Counted from the first letter of the whole stretch, positions 37,210 to 50,622 are shown. The stretch is DNA of 63,694 bases, filler included, from Globobulimina sp. (GCA_003354225.1; 38 parts of 38 records of this genome joined end to end with filler, not necessarily neighbours in it); one strand, 5' to 3'. Numbers and translations are program-made. Notes: generated by a model from the sequence alone, not told the origin.

Positions 37210-38280
37210 ATGGGCAAAGTAGAAGGTTTTGTCGCAGCCTTAATAGCGGCAATATTTTTTGGCTCAAATTACATCCCCGTAAAAAAATTCGACATGGGCG
37301 ACGGAATGTATTTTCAATTCATAATGGCGGTCGGCATCTGGGCCTTTGGCTTATTTTATTTTATTGTGCAAGCGCCGCAGACCGGCTATTTCCATCCATT
37401 AGCATTGCTCGGCGGGACATTATGGTCGATTGGCAATGTTATGACGGTGCCAATCATCAAATCCATCGGCATGGCCTTAGGTATATCCATCTGGGCCGCC
37501 ACGAGCTTAGTGGTCGGTTGGGTGCTCGGCAAATTTGGCTGGTTGGGATTCAAAAAAGATACGTCCATCAAAACAGAATGGCTCAATTATTTCGGCTTAT
37601 TCCTATGTATAGTTTCCTTGACCTTATTTTTCTTTGTCAAGCCCAATGAGGAGGAATTAGAGAAAAGTCACTCTGGGATCGACTCGAAATTGATTATAAA
37701 TATCCATAATCGCGACAGAAATGATGTGTATGACAAGGAAATGAAATGTAACGACAATCAACGTTCATATAAAGACTTTGAGCAAATGAAAATGAGTGCG
37801 GCGCAGAAACAAATCCTTGGCATAATCGGCTCTGTGTTGGCCGGGATATGCTATGGAACCAGTTTCTGCCCCATTCAATATCTAATAAATCACCATGATT
37901 CGCATGAATATTCCTCCAATTTGGAAGACTATGCGTTTACGCATTATTGTGGTATTTTGATCTCATCGATTGTTTGGTTCTCGATTTATTGCCTTGTGAG
38001 CAAGAATAAGCCGCAAATAAATAATACAGGAACGTTTCCTGCGATCATAAGTGGTGTTTTGTGGGCAGTGGCACAAGCGGGCTATTTCACGGCGATGGAC
38101 GACAACAATTTGGGACCGGACACTACCTTTCCTTTTGTTGCAGGGTCGCCGCAGATCATCGCGTCCATTTATGGAGTAGTCTGGTTCAAGGAAGTCAAAC
38201 CTGGCAAAAATATGTTGATTTTGCTCGCTGCGATGACTGTTGGTGTTGGAGGAATTGTATCCATTGCACTTGCGAAATGA
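37210..38280 (+). CDS. TMEM144: TMEM144-family transporter-like protein, complete
   Basis: FFGSNYIPVKKFDMGDGMYFQF, GGTLWSIGN..PII..IGMALG..W, YAFTHYCGI; about ten TM helices. Confidence 0.88.
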   Translation: MGKVEGFVAALIAAIFFGSNYIPVKKFDMGDGMYFQFIMAVGIWAFGLFYFIVQAPQTGYFHPLALLGGTLWSIGNVMTVPIIKSIGMALGISIWAATSLVVGWVLGKFGWLGFKKDTSIKTEWLNYFGLFLCIVSLTLFFFVKPNEEELEKSHSGIDSKLIINIHNRDRNDVYDKEMKCNDNQRSYKDFEQMKMSAAQKQILGIIGSVLAGICYGTSFCPIQYLINHHDSHEYSSNLEDYAFTHYCGILISSIVWFSIYCLVSKNKPQINNTGTFPAIISGVLWAVAQAGYFTAMDDNNLGPDTTFPFVAGSPQIIASIYGVVWFKEVKPGKNMLILLAAMTVGVGGIVSIALAK

Positions 38281-38623
38281 TGGATGTTCGACACGAAACA
38301 AAACAAAACACTACAAACAGACAAATGTGTGATATATATGTACATAGATACGTTTTTATGCTTTATTCTTTTTACAATATAGTTAAATCATTCATTAGTT
38401 ACGCTTTTTTACAGTTTCTCCTGTCATGCACGGTCGTACGTATCAAAACATAAGCAGGGACACCATGTTTTGCAAAGACTCTCACCCTATACTTTTGTTT
38501 TAAAAAGACTGTTTTTATCAAANNNNNNNNNNNNNNNNNNNNNNNNNNNNNNNNNNNNNNNNNNNNTTAATTAATTAANNNNNNNNNNNNNNNNNNNNNN
38601 NNNNNNNNNNNNNNNNNNNNNNA

Positions 38624-39208
38624 ATTGTTTTAGAATATCCATCCTTAAAACAAGTGTATCAAAAATTTAAAATGGTCCGATATAATAAGCCATACATTGC
38701 GGGTTTCTTAGCATTTCGAGAAGTGGACTTTTTCATGGATATAATGAATGAAATGATGCATGAAAATAGTAAATATTTACCACAAATTATATTCGTTGAC
38801 GGAAACGGTATTCTTCATCACCGCGGATTTGGATTGGCATCGCATTTGGGGGTTTTATCTAAAATACCAACCATTGGAATTGGTAAAAATTTATTAATGT
38901 TCGATGGTTTGGATAGGAAAAGTATCAAAAAACAATGTGATAAATGTTTAATAAAGAAAGGTGATTATATACATTTGATTGGAAATACAAAAGATTTAAT
39001 ACATGGCGTTGCATTGAGATGTAGTGAGAAGGCTAAAAATGCAATGTTTATATCTGTCGGACATCGAATATCATTACAATCTGCAATCGAAATTGTTTTA
39101 TTAACATCAATACATAAACTACCCGAACCTATCCGATTCGCAGATATTGGAACACGGGAATTTATAAGAAAATATGAACTTGCTTTGAAAAACAAACAAC
39201 AAAATTAG
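38624..39208 (+). CDS. ENDOV: Endonuclease V, 5' truncated
   Basis: PYIAGFLAFRE, VDGNGILHHRGFGLASHLG, IGIGKN, FISVGHRISL, KLPEPIRFAD. Confidence 0.95.
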   Translation: MVLEYPSLKQVYQKFKMVRYNKPYIAGFLAFREVDFFMDIMNEMMHENSKYLPQIIFVDGNGILHHRGFGLASHLGVLSKIPTIGIGKNLLMFDGLDRKSIKKQCDKCLIKKGDYIHLIGNTKDLIHGVALRCSEKAKNAMFISVGHRISLQSAIEIVLLTSIHKLPEPIRFADIGTREFIRKYELALKNKQQN

Positions 39209-39264
39209 TCTACTGTCAGTCAAACAAAATGAGTCCATGTTTTAGATTTCCTTTCATATAAAAT

Positions 39265-40032
39265 ATGCAGCGTGCTGTCGACATAGTGAATAACTTATTA
39301 AGTACATTTGACGATGTTAAAGATGACGATGAAATTCCCGAAGATTTAAAGAATATCTGGAGAAAATATGATTCAATTTCATTCAGAATACGTGGTTCAG
39401 CCGATGACATTGAATGGGCTGTGACCGAAAAAGTACACGGAGCTAATTTTGCTATTATCACAAACGGAAAACAATTTCTTGCTGCACGGTTTGTAATATA
39501 TTTATTTCTGCAGACTACATTTACATTAATGCATACAGTCGAACATCAATATTAAAATGGAACGATGATTTCTTTCCTGGATGGCAAAAAGTAGTGGATA
39601 ACAATAAAAAACATGCTGTAAACGCATTACACATCGCACAAGAAACAATTCATAAAAATATAAACGTTATTTGCATTTATGGCGAATTGTTTGGTGGTTT
39701 GTATCAACATAAAGATATAAAATATCGCGTACAACCAAATATTCGCCATGTTCAAAAGAATGTATATTATTCACCAGATTTACATTTTTTTGCATTTGAT
39801 ATTGTTGTTAATGATGCTAATGACGGATATATTAAATTAGAATTTGAGAAAACATTGCAAATATTGAAAACAAGTAAGTTTTTATATGCCAAACCATTAT
39901 TTATTGGGTCATTACAGAAATGTAAAAAATTCGCTACACAAAATATATCAAACTTTATCTCAACAATTCCATCAAAATTAGGTTTGCCACAACCGACAGA
40001 TGTAAACAGTGGAGAAATTATGTTGAATTTTG
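39265..40032 (+). CDS. Rnl2-family RNA ligase; intron 39489-39538; 3' end replaced by a chimeric fragment
   Basis: KYDSI, motif I TEKVHGANF, spliced ARRTSIL..FF (Ia), III YGELFGG, VQKNVYYSP, IIIa FFAFDI. Confidence 0.88.
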
Positions 40033-40201
40033 GAGTACGAATAAATGAACTTTTCTTACCAAAATATCCTTCTAAAACAGCAATTGTATTATGAAAAGAC
40101 ATTCCCATTGAAATTGACAGAAAAATAAAAAATCTAACAAAAAACCTTCCCCAAGTTATTACCGGATTCTTATATTTTTCTTTAAAGGATGTTTTATAAA
40201 A
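40020..40201 (-). CDS. Bacterial (Bacteroidota-like) family 2 glycosyltransferase fragment, chimerically joined
   Basis: FFIFLSISMGMSFHNTIAVLEGYFGKKSSFIRTPKFNI. Confidence 0.65.
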
Positions 40202-40301
40202 NNNNNNNNNNNNNNNNNNNNNNNNNNNNNNNNNNNNNNNNNNNNTTAATTAATTAANNNNNNNNNNNNNNNNNNNNNNNNNNNNNNNNNNNNNNNNNNN
40301 N

Positions 40302-41565
40302 GGTATTTGAAGTATTTTACTTTGCCGTTGCGATGAGAAATAATTTTAATTTTATCCATCGGTAATTGCAACCACACAAAATAGCCACCTTTTGGTTCAT
40401 TAAATTTTATAACATTTTGCGTATCATATTTCCTTATCGTATCACATAAACATTTACACTTTGCACTTAATTCATTTCTGACTTTAATTAAATGTTTTGT
40501 CATATCATTTTCGTCAACATTGGCATCCAATAAATACGCCAGCAAAGATGGCACAAAATTTGCCATATTCCCACCACTTATAATTGAGCCATGATTGTTG
40601 ATTAACTTTAATATATTTGCATTGTGAGACAGTATCCATCCAACTCTGAAGCCGGGGCCAATTATCTTGGAAAATGATGATATTGAATGGCAAAAAAACT
40701 CTCTTTCTCGTTCTTTTTCTTCCTTTTCTTGAGAAACAAGTGTTTTTTCAATAGATGACAGGAACGGAATCATCATTGTGTCCGCATCGAATGACAACAA
40801 ATTGTATACTTCGTCGGCAATTACATGCAATTTGTACTTATGGCATAATTTGATTAATGCAATTTTATCATTTATATTATAACTGATACCCAATGGATTT
40901 TGATGTGACGGTATTATATAAAAACAAATAATGTCATTGTTATATAATTCTAATATGGATTGCAAATAATTAAAATCTAATGAATTATTTATAAATGGAA
41001 TTGGTAATAATTTGCAATTTGCAGTTTCTACGATGTTTGGAAATAAAAAATATGACGGATCTGCACATAAAACAATATTTTTGCAATTTGCATTTGTTTT
41101 ATTTTTTAATGTTTTTAAATGTATTAATAATAATTCCATTGACTGTGAAGCTCCGGTGGTTACAATCATATTTGTGCCGGATGTCTGAGAATATTTTTTA
41201 TCATTTTCATATTTATTCATTGCATTTAATTTGTTTAACCAGTCTGATAAATTGCTTCTGAAACGCCACGAACCTTCAGATATTGCATAACCTGTCGTGT
41301 CATTATAATCTTTTACATTATCTTTGCTGCTAAGTTCCACCACACATTTTGCGATTAATTCTGATGGTAAATTCAATGAAATCGATGGATGGCCAACTCC
41401 AAAATTATATTCTGGTCCTGTCGGCGTCGGTGTTTGTTTCTCCTCATTGTTAGTGTCTGTTGTGTTCATCATGGCCCTGAAACTGCGCGTACGATAATGA
41501 CAAACAGGTTTGAATAAAAGTTTGCTTGTCTGTCTAGTAATATTCAATCTAAAAAAAAAACTCAT
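40302..41565 (-). CDS. Class I/II PLP aminotransferase (ARO8/MocR-like), 3' truncated
   Basis: NFGVGHP, TTGASQ, PSHQNPLG, ADEVY, SFSKIIGPGFRVGW, PKGGYFVW. Confidence 0.9.
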
Positions 41566-41980
41566 TTATATTTACATTAACTAGAGTTACTAGACTAGCA
41601 ATTGTTTCATTTTGTAGACAGAAACAAAAATCCGCGCTGTATTTCGCCACAATTATTATTTTCAGCGATTTGGGCTTCGTCGTCGCCTCAACCACCACTT
41701 TTGCCCTTTTTTAGCATTATTCATATGTCCATCATGTTTAATGTACGCCGGACCGCAATATGACCAATGTCACATTGTGTGGTTTCTGCATCTTTGCTGC
41801 GCAAAATATGAAAATATAAATGGATTTACATGCGGCGGACACACTTTTTGCGGCAATCGGTGGAACAAAAAAAAGAAAAANNNNNNNNNNNNNNNNNNNN
41901 NNNNNNNNNNNNNNNNNNNNNNNNTTAATTAATTAANNNNNNNNNNNNNNNNNNNNNNNNNNNNNNNNNNNNNNNNNNNN

Positions 41981-43558
41981 AACAGCAATACAGGGCTCTC
42001 TCAAAAGGAAATCAATGAATTGTTAAAGCACGGCGCATATCATGTGTTCCAGGACGATGATAAAGAAGCGGATGAGTTTTGTGCGGAAAATATTGATGAA
42101 ATATTGGCCAAACGCTCCAAAGATATTGTATTTGACAGTAAAAGTAATGGGAATGCATCGTCGTCGTTTAGCAGGGCAACGTTTATTAGTTCCGATGATG
42201 CGGCAAATATTAGTTTGGATGATAAAGATTTTTGGGAGAAAATATTACCAAAAGAATTAAATCCATCCGATATGATTCAAACTTTATTGGACGATGACGA
42301 AAATCAACAATTAATCGATGACAATGATAAAAAAACCGAGTTCTGGACGCATTTAACCCGGCAAGTGGAGGAAGTGCGCGATTTACGCGAACGAGGCATG
42401 TTAGCGACGCAAATACAAACCGTGATAAAGTTATTAACCATCGTAGCGAACAAAGCAAATATATTTAGTAACGAACAACGCGTCAAAGCGCAAGATTGGG
42501 CAAATTACATTGAAAATCCACGGAGATATCATCGCAAAAAGAAGTCCAGCACATTGAATGAAGATGATTTATTTTTACCTTCCACGCACAGACATAATCG
42601 AATCGCGCCCATTAAACAAACGGTGTATAAAACGCGACAATTCACCCCCAAAGAAGTAGAATCTCTCAGCAAATTATTCTTCGATATATTCTCGACCACT
42701 GCGGCTAACATATTTGGAATTATCCATTCGGACTTTAGAAAGAAAAGCGACGCTCTGAGCACCATAGCAATCGCACGCTCTTTGCGCGAAATTACAGGAT
42801 GGATCAATGCATTTGTGCTATATTTAAGCACTGAGTTACATGACCAACGCGACAAGAATGCCTTCGTCGATGTAAAACATGTGATTAAGCGCTTAATGCC
42901 GAAGGATTTTAATAAAAACAGCGTCGATTCCGATGGCGACGATAATTTGGACGACGAGGATTATTCGCCGACCAGCAAGAAACGGCATGGTCGACGTCGC
43001 CGGAAACCGAAAAAGTTGCCGCGTAATTGCCAAATTACAGACTTCCCCTCGTTGGACGAGAAATGGTTCACTCGTATGATCAACAAAGAATCCACGCAGT
43101 GGGCCAAACGCATGCGGTTAGCCGTATTGCTACGACAGAGATTAAAGTCGATTCGCAATATCAACAATATCAAAATCCCGCAGCATATTGGCGGCAATAA
43201 ACCGACTTCGTGGTGGGATGCCACTGACGATAAGAACCTATTAATCGGTGCTACGTCGCATGGTGTTTGCAACTGGGATAATATCCGCAAAGATGCATCA
43301 TTAGGATTCATGAAGAAAATCAATAATCTAAATAACAGCGGGAACAGTAACAACAATAATAACCATAAGAAAACGGCGAGTTACAGCAATAACGAAGCAC
43401 AGCGTAAATGTTGTGGTACGAATAAGCCGTCGGAAATGGATGTCCAATGCGATGGATGTGAGGATTTCTTGCATGGCAAATGTTGCGCTATGTCGTCGAG
43501 TGACGACATCCCGGCCATTTGGTTTTGTTTTGAGTGCCATGGCAGTTGGCCGAAACCC
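41981..43558 (+). CDS. CHD6-9/kismet-like chromatin remodeller, C-terminal region with PHD finger
   Basis: LLKHGAY..FCAENIDEIL..FSRATF..LDDKDFW; WWD..DKNLLIG..HG..W..IRKD; C-terminal PHD. Confidence 0.85.
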
Positions 43559-43721
43559 NNNNNNNNNNNNNNNNNNNNNNNNNNNNNNNNNNNNNNNNNN
43601 NNTTAATTAATTAANNNNNNNNNNNNNNNNNNNNNNNNNNNNNNNNNNNNNNNNNNNNATCTAATGCGACATTGGCCATGTTTTTAAAGTACTGCACTGT
43701 TTTTTTATTTGGATTTATTGT

Positions 43722-44708
43722 ATGATGTCACAGGACTTGTTAGTTTGTGGATATATTAAAAGGACCATACCGAAGGCTATTGTTAAATTATGTTTCCAAT
43801 TTGTTTATGAACCCGATGAAGAAATAATGATTACAGTGACATATCTAAAAAAGAAACAAAATAATTACCCTAGATTCACACTTAAACATTGTCGATTTGG
43901 ACTTTATTGCATATCAACAGTAAATATAGCACCATGTATTATGTTGGAATTAAAGAATCATCTCTTAAATATTGAGAAAGTAACTATTTACTATGAAATT
44001 AAAGTGAATAATAACCAACAAATGATTGATACCTTTTCCTTTGGTTTTGATTCTATTAATACTGCATTTAAAAGAATTTTAAACCTGGATCCAGACCAAA
44101 AACAACTGAGTGAAAAGTGCCCAAGCGTAAAATTAATAGAATTTGTGAAGTTTAAATCATTATTAAGCATGCGATTATTTGTAAAGATAGTACGTATTCA
44201 ATATAGAAATCATCAATTTACAGATTTTTATTCAAATCGAAAGATATTTGCAAAAATGAAGTGCAAATGGAATCTATCAACATATGCATTGTGTAATTAT
44301 AGCAATAAAGTAATTATTTCAAATAAATTCAATAATGGTTGTTGGTTATTGGTGTTTGATGGAACAATGGAATGTGAAGCAACATATGAATTGATATTAT
44401 TGTATTTGCCAAATGGAATCGGTAGAATATGTGTAAAATTATTATACAATGTAACCGTAAATAAACGGAAAAATAGAAGAAAAGAAAGATTACATTCATT
44501 TAAACAACATTCAAGAATTACATTAAGTTATCAGTACAACAAATTTAAATGGATTTCGAAAAGCAAAATATTGAATTTATCAATACAAGTCATAAACATA
44601 TATGATGTGAATCGTGAGCGTATTGAAGAATGCGATTGGATGCAATGTGGTTTATACGAAAATAAAAAATGGGCAAACATGAATTTGACACAGCAATTAG
44701 TTGCTTAA
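43722..44708 (+). CDS. Hypothetical protein
   Basis: 328-aa ORF; N-terminal LLVCGYIKR..IPKAIVKLC motif; beta-rich. Confidence 0.5.
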   Translation: MMSQDLLVCGYIKRTIPKAIVKLCFQFVYEPDEEIMITVTYLKKKQNNYPRFTLKHCRFGLYCISTVNIAPCIMLELKNHLLNIEKVTIYYEIKVNNNQQMIDTFSFGFDSINTAFKRILNLDPDQKQLSEKCPSVKLIEFVKFKSLLSMRLFVKIVRIQYRNHQFTDFYSNRKIFAKMKCKWNLSTYALCNYSNKVIISNKFNNGCWLLVFDGTMECEATYELILLYLPNGIGRICVKLLYNVTVNKRKNRRKERLHSFKQHSRITLSYQYNKFKWISKSKILNLSIQVINIYDVNRERIEECDWMQCGLYENKKWANMNLTQQLVA

Positions 44709-44870
44709 TAAAAATGATCCACGAAATATAGCAATATTTTATTTGCATCCAATGCCTCAATATATAAGTGTTTGCATTGGATATTTATATTTGTTATTTT
44801 TTTAACTTAACATCATTCCTAACAGATTGGAAAAAATAATAATTTACAAGTTTTTCTGTTTGGTGCATGA

Positions 44871-45236
44871 ATGTCACTTGTTGGTTATAGAATTTTCAAT
44901 CATTTTATACATAATAAATGCTCACAATTAATCTACATAAACTATAGAAAGAATGTCTCATTTTTTGCAAAAGAAGAAGCTCGAATAGCAGGCACATTAC
45001 CAAATGATTGCAAAATGGATATAAATGATAGAATAGCAATAGCATCATCAGTGGGAGAAGAATGTATTGAAATTGATGAATTGAAAAGAATATTTTTAGA
45101 AAACAAAACCCGGCCAATTGCGTATGACGGATTTGAGCCATCTGGAAGAATGCATATTGCCCAAGGAATATTAAAAACGATTAATGTAAACAAGCTGACC
45201 TCGACTGGCTGTGATTTTATATTTTGGATCGCTGAT
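44871..45236 (+). CDS. YARS: Tyrosyl-tRNA synthetase (archaeal/eukaryotic type), 3' truncated
   Basis: SVGEECI..YDGFEPSGRMHIAQG..IFWIAD. Confidence 0.92.
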
Positions 45237-45763
45237 NNNNNNNNNNNNNNNNNNNNNNNNNNNNNNNNNNNNNNNNNNNNTTAATTAATTAANNNNNNNN
45301 NNNNNNNNNNNNNNNNNNNNNNNNNNNNNNNNNNNNTGTTGTTGATTAGTGCTTGAACACCATCAGGCCCGCCATATATCACATTGTTAATTGGCGCTCC
45401 GCCATCATTGTTAAATGTATTGGTTACCTGCGAATTAACCAAATATTGGAAATTGTCTGTATGGATCTGAGGTCCTGCTGCATGTCCTTGTGGTTGATTC
45501 CATTGATTCATAGCGCGATTTATTGATTAATTTGAAATTTTAATGTAATTACAATATAATGTGGATAAAGGGCGATGGAAGCAAATTAAGGATGTTGGAA
45601 ACAAAGGAGTTTTTAGTAGTACTTTTTTACCAAAACTTAATTTACATCTTCTGGCTACAACAAATGACTGCAGAACCAAAAAAAAACAAACTGAAAACAA
45701 GTATTGATGATATGTAAAATTAAAATATAAAATTGGTGATAAAGTATCTGCAGCGTTTGATGT

Positions 45764-46306
45764 TTGGTGCACACATTTAAAAGCGGGCCGGGGAGAAATA
45801 ATAAAGCAGAAAATTGGAGATTGGCACAGGTGGATTCTTTATTATATTCTATGCGAAAGTATTCGTATAATGTACCTATACTATTTTGTGGTGATTTGAA
45901 TTCTCATTTTGATGATTTGCTGAATACGGCTGGTGATTTAGTTGAAGCAAAAGTATATTCTGCAATATTGCAGGGACAACAAATTAAAGCATCGGATAAG
46001 AATAATAAAAATAATATTGTCAGATTTGAATCTTTGTGGAATAATAATGTCCGAAATACTTTCAGTACTTGGGCTGGATGGAAAGATCGAGAGGTCAAAT
46101 GTTGTTTGGATTATATTATGATTGGTCATTGGACAGATCCGAAAGAGGTCGATCATGAAAAAAAACAAAGCATTTTTCAATTGTTGCAGTTATTGGATGT
46201 TTGGGATGAGAAAGAAATCCAACAATTTGAGGCAAAGTTACCAAATAAAATATATCCATCCGATCATATCTTGATTGCTGCTAAAATTGCTATCAAAATT
46301 GAATGA
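45764..46306 (+). CDS. Exonuclease-endonuclease-phosphatase (CCR4/nocturnin-like) C-terminal fragment
   Basis: HFKSG-like motif, CGDLNS, LDYI, PSDH. Confidence 0.8.
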   Translation: MVHTFKSGPGRNNKAENWRLAQVDSLLYSMRKYSYNVPILFCGDLNSHFDDLLNTAGDLVEAKVYSAILQGQQIKASDKNNKNNIVRFESLWNNNVRNTFSTWAGWKDREVKCCLDYIMIGHWTDPKEVDHEKKQSIFQLLQLLDVWDEKEIQQFEAKLPNKIYPSDHILIAAKIAIKIE

Positions 46307-47015
46307 TTTAAAGTGTTGTTGATTTATTAATTTATATTGCATTTATTAAGAAACGGTTGCTTCTTAATATATGCATGATATCTAAAACAGCTTAGAGTCT
46401 TAGACTAGAAAATATTAGAAAAAATTACAAAAGTAAAATGGCAAATGCTTTGTTAGCTCCATGCGATCGCGAAGGAGCAGTACCAGGCGCAGCCAATCAA
46501 ACAACTGTTGTTTGTCCATCCATTAAAACAATATTAACAATAGTCATAATTCCATTGTTTGCTGTATTGTTCTGGTTCATCATCGCATACTGCATTGTTG
46601 AAAACAAGTGCAATTTCCCACCTTATCCACAAACAAAACAGCTTCATAATAAACAACCCACGCCATCACCGGTATGGCTTCTCCCATCAACTGATCCATC
46701 ACCATGGCTTCCTGCAACACGCATTAAACTCCAATGTCCCAAACAATATTGTGATAAAACCAACAATAATGGAAAATGTTTAATATATATCCCATCCCAC
46801 ACTAAAGAATACCACATCAATGCAACAGGTTTGTCAGTTTGCCACTTAATTGTAAATACGATGTCCACTCAACGGGAAAACACAAAAAAGACTCTTCCAA
46901 TATTTATACCAATGNNNNNNNNNNNNNNNNNNNNNNNNNNNNNNNNNNNNNNNNNNNNTTAATTAATTAANNNNNNNNNNNNNNNNNNNNNNNNNNNNNN
47001 NNNNNNNNNNNNNNG

Positions 47016-48592
47016 TTGGCGGATTGGCCTAAAAAAGTGTTCCCGGGCTATTCTACAGAATTATCGTCGGTCGATCTCAGTCCTGGAGATGGCGGTAATT
47101 GGGAGCTGTCGTGTCGCTATCAAGGGACTCCAGGCGCGCGCCCTATAAAAACGTGCGATGTGTCCTGTATTCCACAGATTTGTACGTCGAACGGCGACGT
47201 GAACGCGACCTGTCATGCCACCGATGTGTGCGATTGCACCTTGAGTAATCATTGTATATTAACCGCGAATCGGCAGACTTGTGTTTATATGCCACCGCCT
47301 ATGAATTGTACAGCGGAGAATAGATTTGACAGTGATTTAGATTTTGTGGTTACGGACATTTCGTGGGAAGAAGGCACCGCGTATGAGCCTGGCGTGCGAT
47401 ATGAAGTTTATACATCGTATTTAGAACCGGGTACAGCTGAGTCGTATTCGACGAATAAGTTAATATTTCCTCCCAATGCAGATATGCCCAGTTCGGCGAC
47501 CATCACAGTCACTGCTTTCATGGAAAATGATCCGGTCAATGGGCAGGTATTCAAACATGTTTCCATGCACTTTGAAACATCGTTTTCTTGCTTTTCAAAT
47601 CACATAAAAAAATATAGGTATACAGTGCGAGTACAACCTGTCCGATTACTACCATGGCGCCAACTAAACAGCCCACAGCGTCTCCGACCTATTCCAACGC
47701 AGATATTGATACCTGTACTGCGAATATATTGGACAGCGGCAACGGATATAAAATTGACGTTTCGTGGAGTGCTGGATACCAAAAAGATGCGTATGATATT
47801 CCACCGGATGCAGAGGGGCATTATCAATATTTTATTTTTGGCGAATTCATTCCCGGAGACACACAGACCAAAATTGAAAAAATCACTACCGTGTTAGCAG
47901 AAACATTGAGTGTAAATACGTTAGATTTACCCGGCAACCTCCCCGACATTAATGTAGTTACAGTGTATTATGTGAACGGTGTTTTAGATACGACTGCGAG
48001 CACAAATTGCATCATCAACACACTTGTGCCGACCCGTAGACCCACGCAAAATCCCACTGGTACCCCGACCTCCGACCCCACACAGGATCCCACTACGGAT
48101 CCTACGCAACGACCGACATATTCGCCGTGGACGTTGAGCCAATGTTCGTTGCATATTCCCTCCGATTTGAGCCATGTTATCCCCATCACATTTACGATTA
48201 ACCGCGCATTCGATGCTAGCGATAGAGCAGCGTTCATATTTAATTATAATACGCGACAAGAAGAGTTTTTGTTAGATGACATACAGTCCGGTACTGCGTT
48301 GGAGAAAACAGTGGGTATTGTCGTAGTACAGCAAGACGACATAAATCAGCTAAATTTTGCCATCGAATTGGATACTTTCCGCGCACATTTGCAGTACGAC
48401 GATTATCCGGGAAATCCGGTTCCGGCCAATTCTGTCGAAGTTCCCTGTCTATTCACCACGGACTCTCCGACCTTAGCACCTACAAAGAATCCAACCACAT
48501 CGCCAACGCAGGGCCCAACGCAGAGACCCTCTGTGTCGCCGAGTAGAGCGCCCACCGATGTACCTACGACGTCGCCGACGTATCAAGGCTTG
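47016..48592 (+). CDS. Extracellular/adhesive protein with P-T repeats; intron 47547-47617
   Basis: Cys-rich segment and beta domains separated by PTxxPT tracts; the intron joins the listed ORFs. Confidence 0.6.
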
Positions 48593-49113
48593 NNNNNNNN
48601 NNNNNNNNNNNNNNNNNNNNNNNNNNNNNNNNNNNNTTAATTAATTAANNNNNNNNNNNNNNNNNNNNNNNNNNNNNNNNNNNNNNNNNNNNGATAAATT
48701 ATTTATTGATTGGTTGTGTTGGAAAACACCTGGTTGTTTTCTTTTTGGTTGTTTTCTTTTTTTGCAATTAATTTGCGCAGCAAAACAACATTGTCCAAGA
48801 CCTCGGCAATGTGATATTTGTGTTGCGCAACTACCCCAACCCCAAAATTGTCAAAGAATTATTAGTCAAATTTCATCATTCGTCCATAATCAACCGGCTA
48901 TCCGAAGAAGTGAAGAAAATGGAAAAGTATGAGTCCAAATTTCAAAAAGAAGTGGAATATTTGCAAGTGGAATATGAGCGCATCAAACGGGAACAAGTGA
49001 ATGCGGCCAGACTGGCACAGCAAGAGCACCAAATGAGGAAAAACCGCCGATTGGATCAGCACAAAATGCAAAATAAATACAACGCGGAATAAAAACAAGA
49101 ACAACAATTTAGA

Positions 49114-50136
49114 TTACAATTTGTCAATACATAATGTATCCTCTTTCCTATCATTTGAATTTGTTGTGATATTTAATGATATTTTAAATTGTGTTTGATT
49201 TAATTGATTCAACTCTTTATTCATTAAAATATATTCATTATAAATCCAACTACGATCAATACACTGTCCCCTTTTATATTTATGTGTTGCTTTTATTTGT
49301 ATAGTTTTCAATGATTTATGTTTAAACAAAATATCTCCCCAAAATAAACTAAAAAATGATGATAATAAAAATGGAAATGTTTCAGTTGTATAAAATAAGA
49401 TTGTTTCTAAGTTTGTAAACAATGATAATATGACTGGTTTAAATATATTATTATTTGATACTTTATTTTTATTTTCACTTTCTACCAATGGATACATTAA
49501 TAAACCTAATATTTCTGAGGGAAAATCCTTTAACATCCACGTATTTATAATAATATTTTTTTTATTTTGGGTAAATATTTGCCATGTTTTATAAATATAT
49601 TCATCATATTTCATATCTGATATTTTATTCAATGAATAACACAATAAATGTTCCAAAAAAATCAATATCTTTCATATTCACTCTTTTTATTGAATTATTC
49701 CAACGCATATCACTCCCATTTATCATAGAATCAAAGCAAAAGAATGGTTTAAAGAATACACTGAAATTGTCTTTTGTGACAACATTAATAATGGTTTCCA
49801 CTCTGATTAGCCACATTCCGCCAAAAAATAACCGTTCAGCTTCTTCCTTAAAACAAGAAATAAAACTACAATTAAAAAATTTTAAACACCGACTGCTAGA
49901 CCAATCGCCATTATTATTCAATCTGATAACAATTCCGCGTTCGTCAGCAAATCGTATACCAATTTCTTTTTGCTTTGATGTGGAAACGGGACCACATAAA
50001 CGAATGGAAAACGTCGGTATTACCATTACACGGTTCATCCCACAATAAAATGGACCTTCTTCTGTTTCGTAACCACAATCTTCATCCCCCGCATTTCCAA
50101 AACATTCAACTGTTTCTCGCAATAATTTGGATAAAT
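49114..50136 (-). pseudogene. ART-like family catalytic region, frameshifted near 49660
   Basis: LLRETVECFG..FYCGM..GPVSTS..FFNCSFISCFKEEAERLFFGG; an extra T in a T-run shifts the frame. Confidence 0.65.
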
Positions 50137-50622
50137 GAAAATAATTTAATAAAAAGAGTGAATAAGAAAGATATTGATTTCTTGGAACATTTATTGTGTT
50201 ATTCATTAAATAAAATATCAGATATGAAATATGATGAATATATTTATAAAACATGGCAAATATTTAAACANNNNNNNNNNNNNNNNNNNNNNNNNNNNNN
50301 NNNNNNNNNNNNNNTTAATTAATTAANNNNNNNNNNNNNNNNNNNNNNNNNNNNNNNNNNNNNNNNNNNNTAATTTTTTTGTAAATATATAACACTGGTA
50401 TCTGTGTTACAAGAATACCAAGATGTCCATTGTCCAGCTTAGAACAATCTTGTCAATATTTTAAAAGCAACACCATAGTGAAAGATTCACTGTATACAAG
50501 TAACGCCAATCCGTGTAATTGTATACAAATAATAATACACTAGTTGATATTAAGAAAATTGAGTATCATCAACTTACTTACTTACTTAACAATCTGCTCT
50601 TTACTTCTCCCTACAATTCTTC

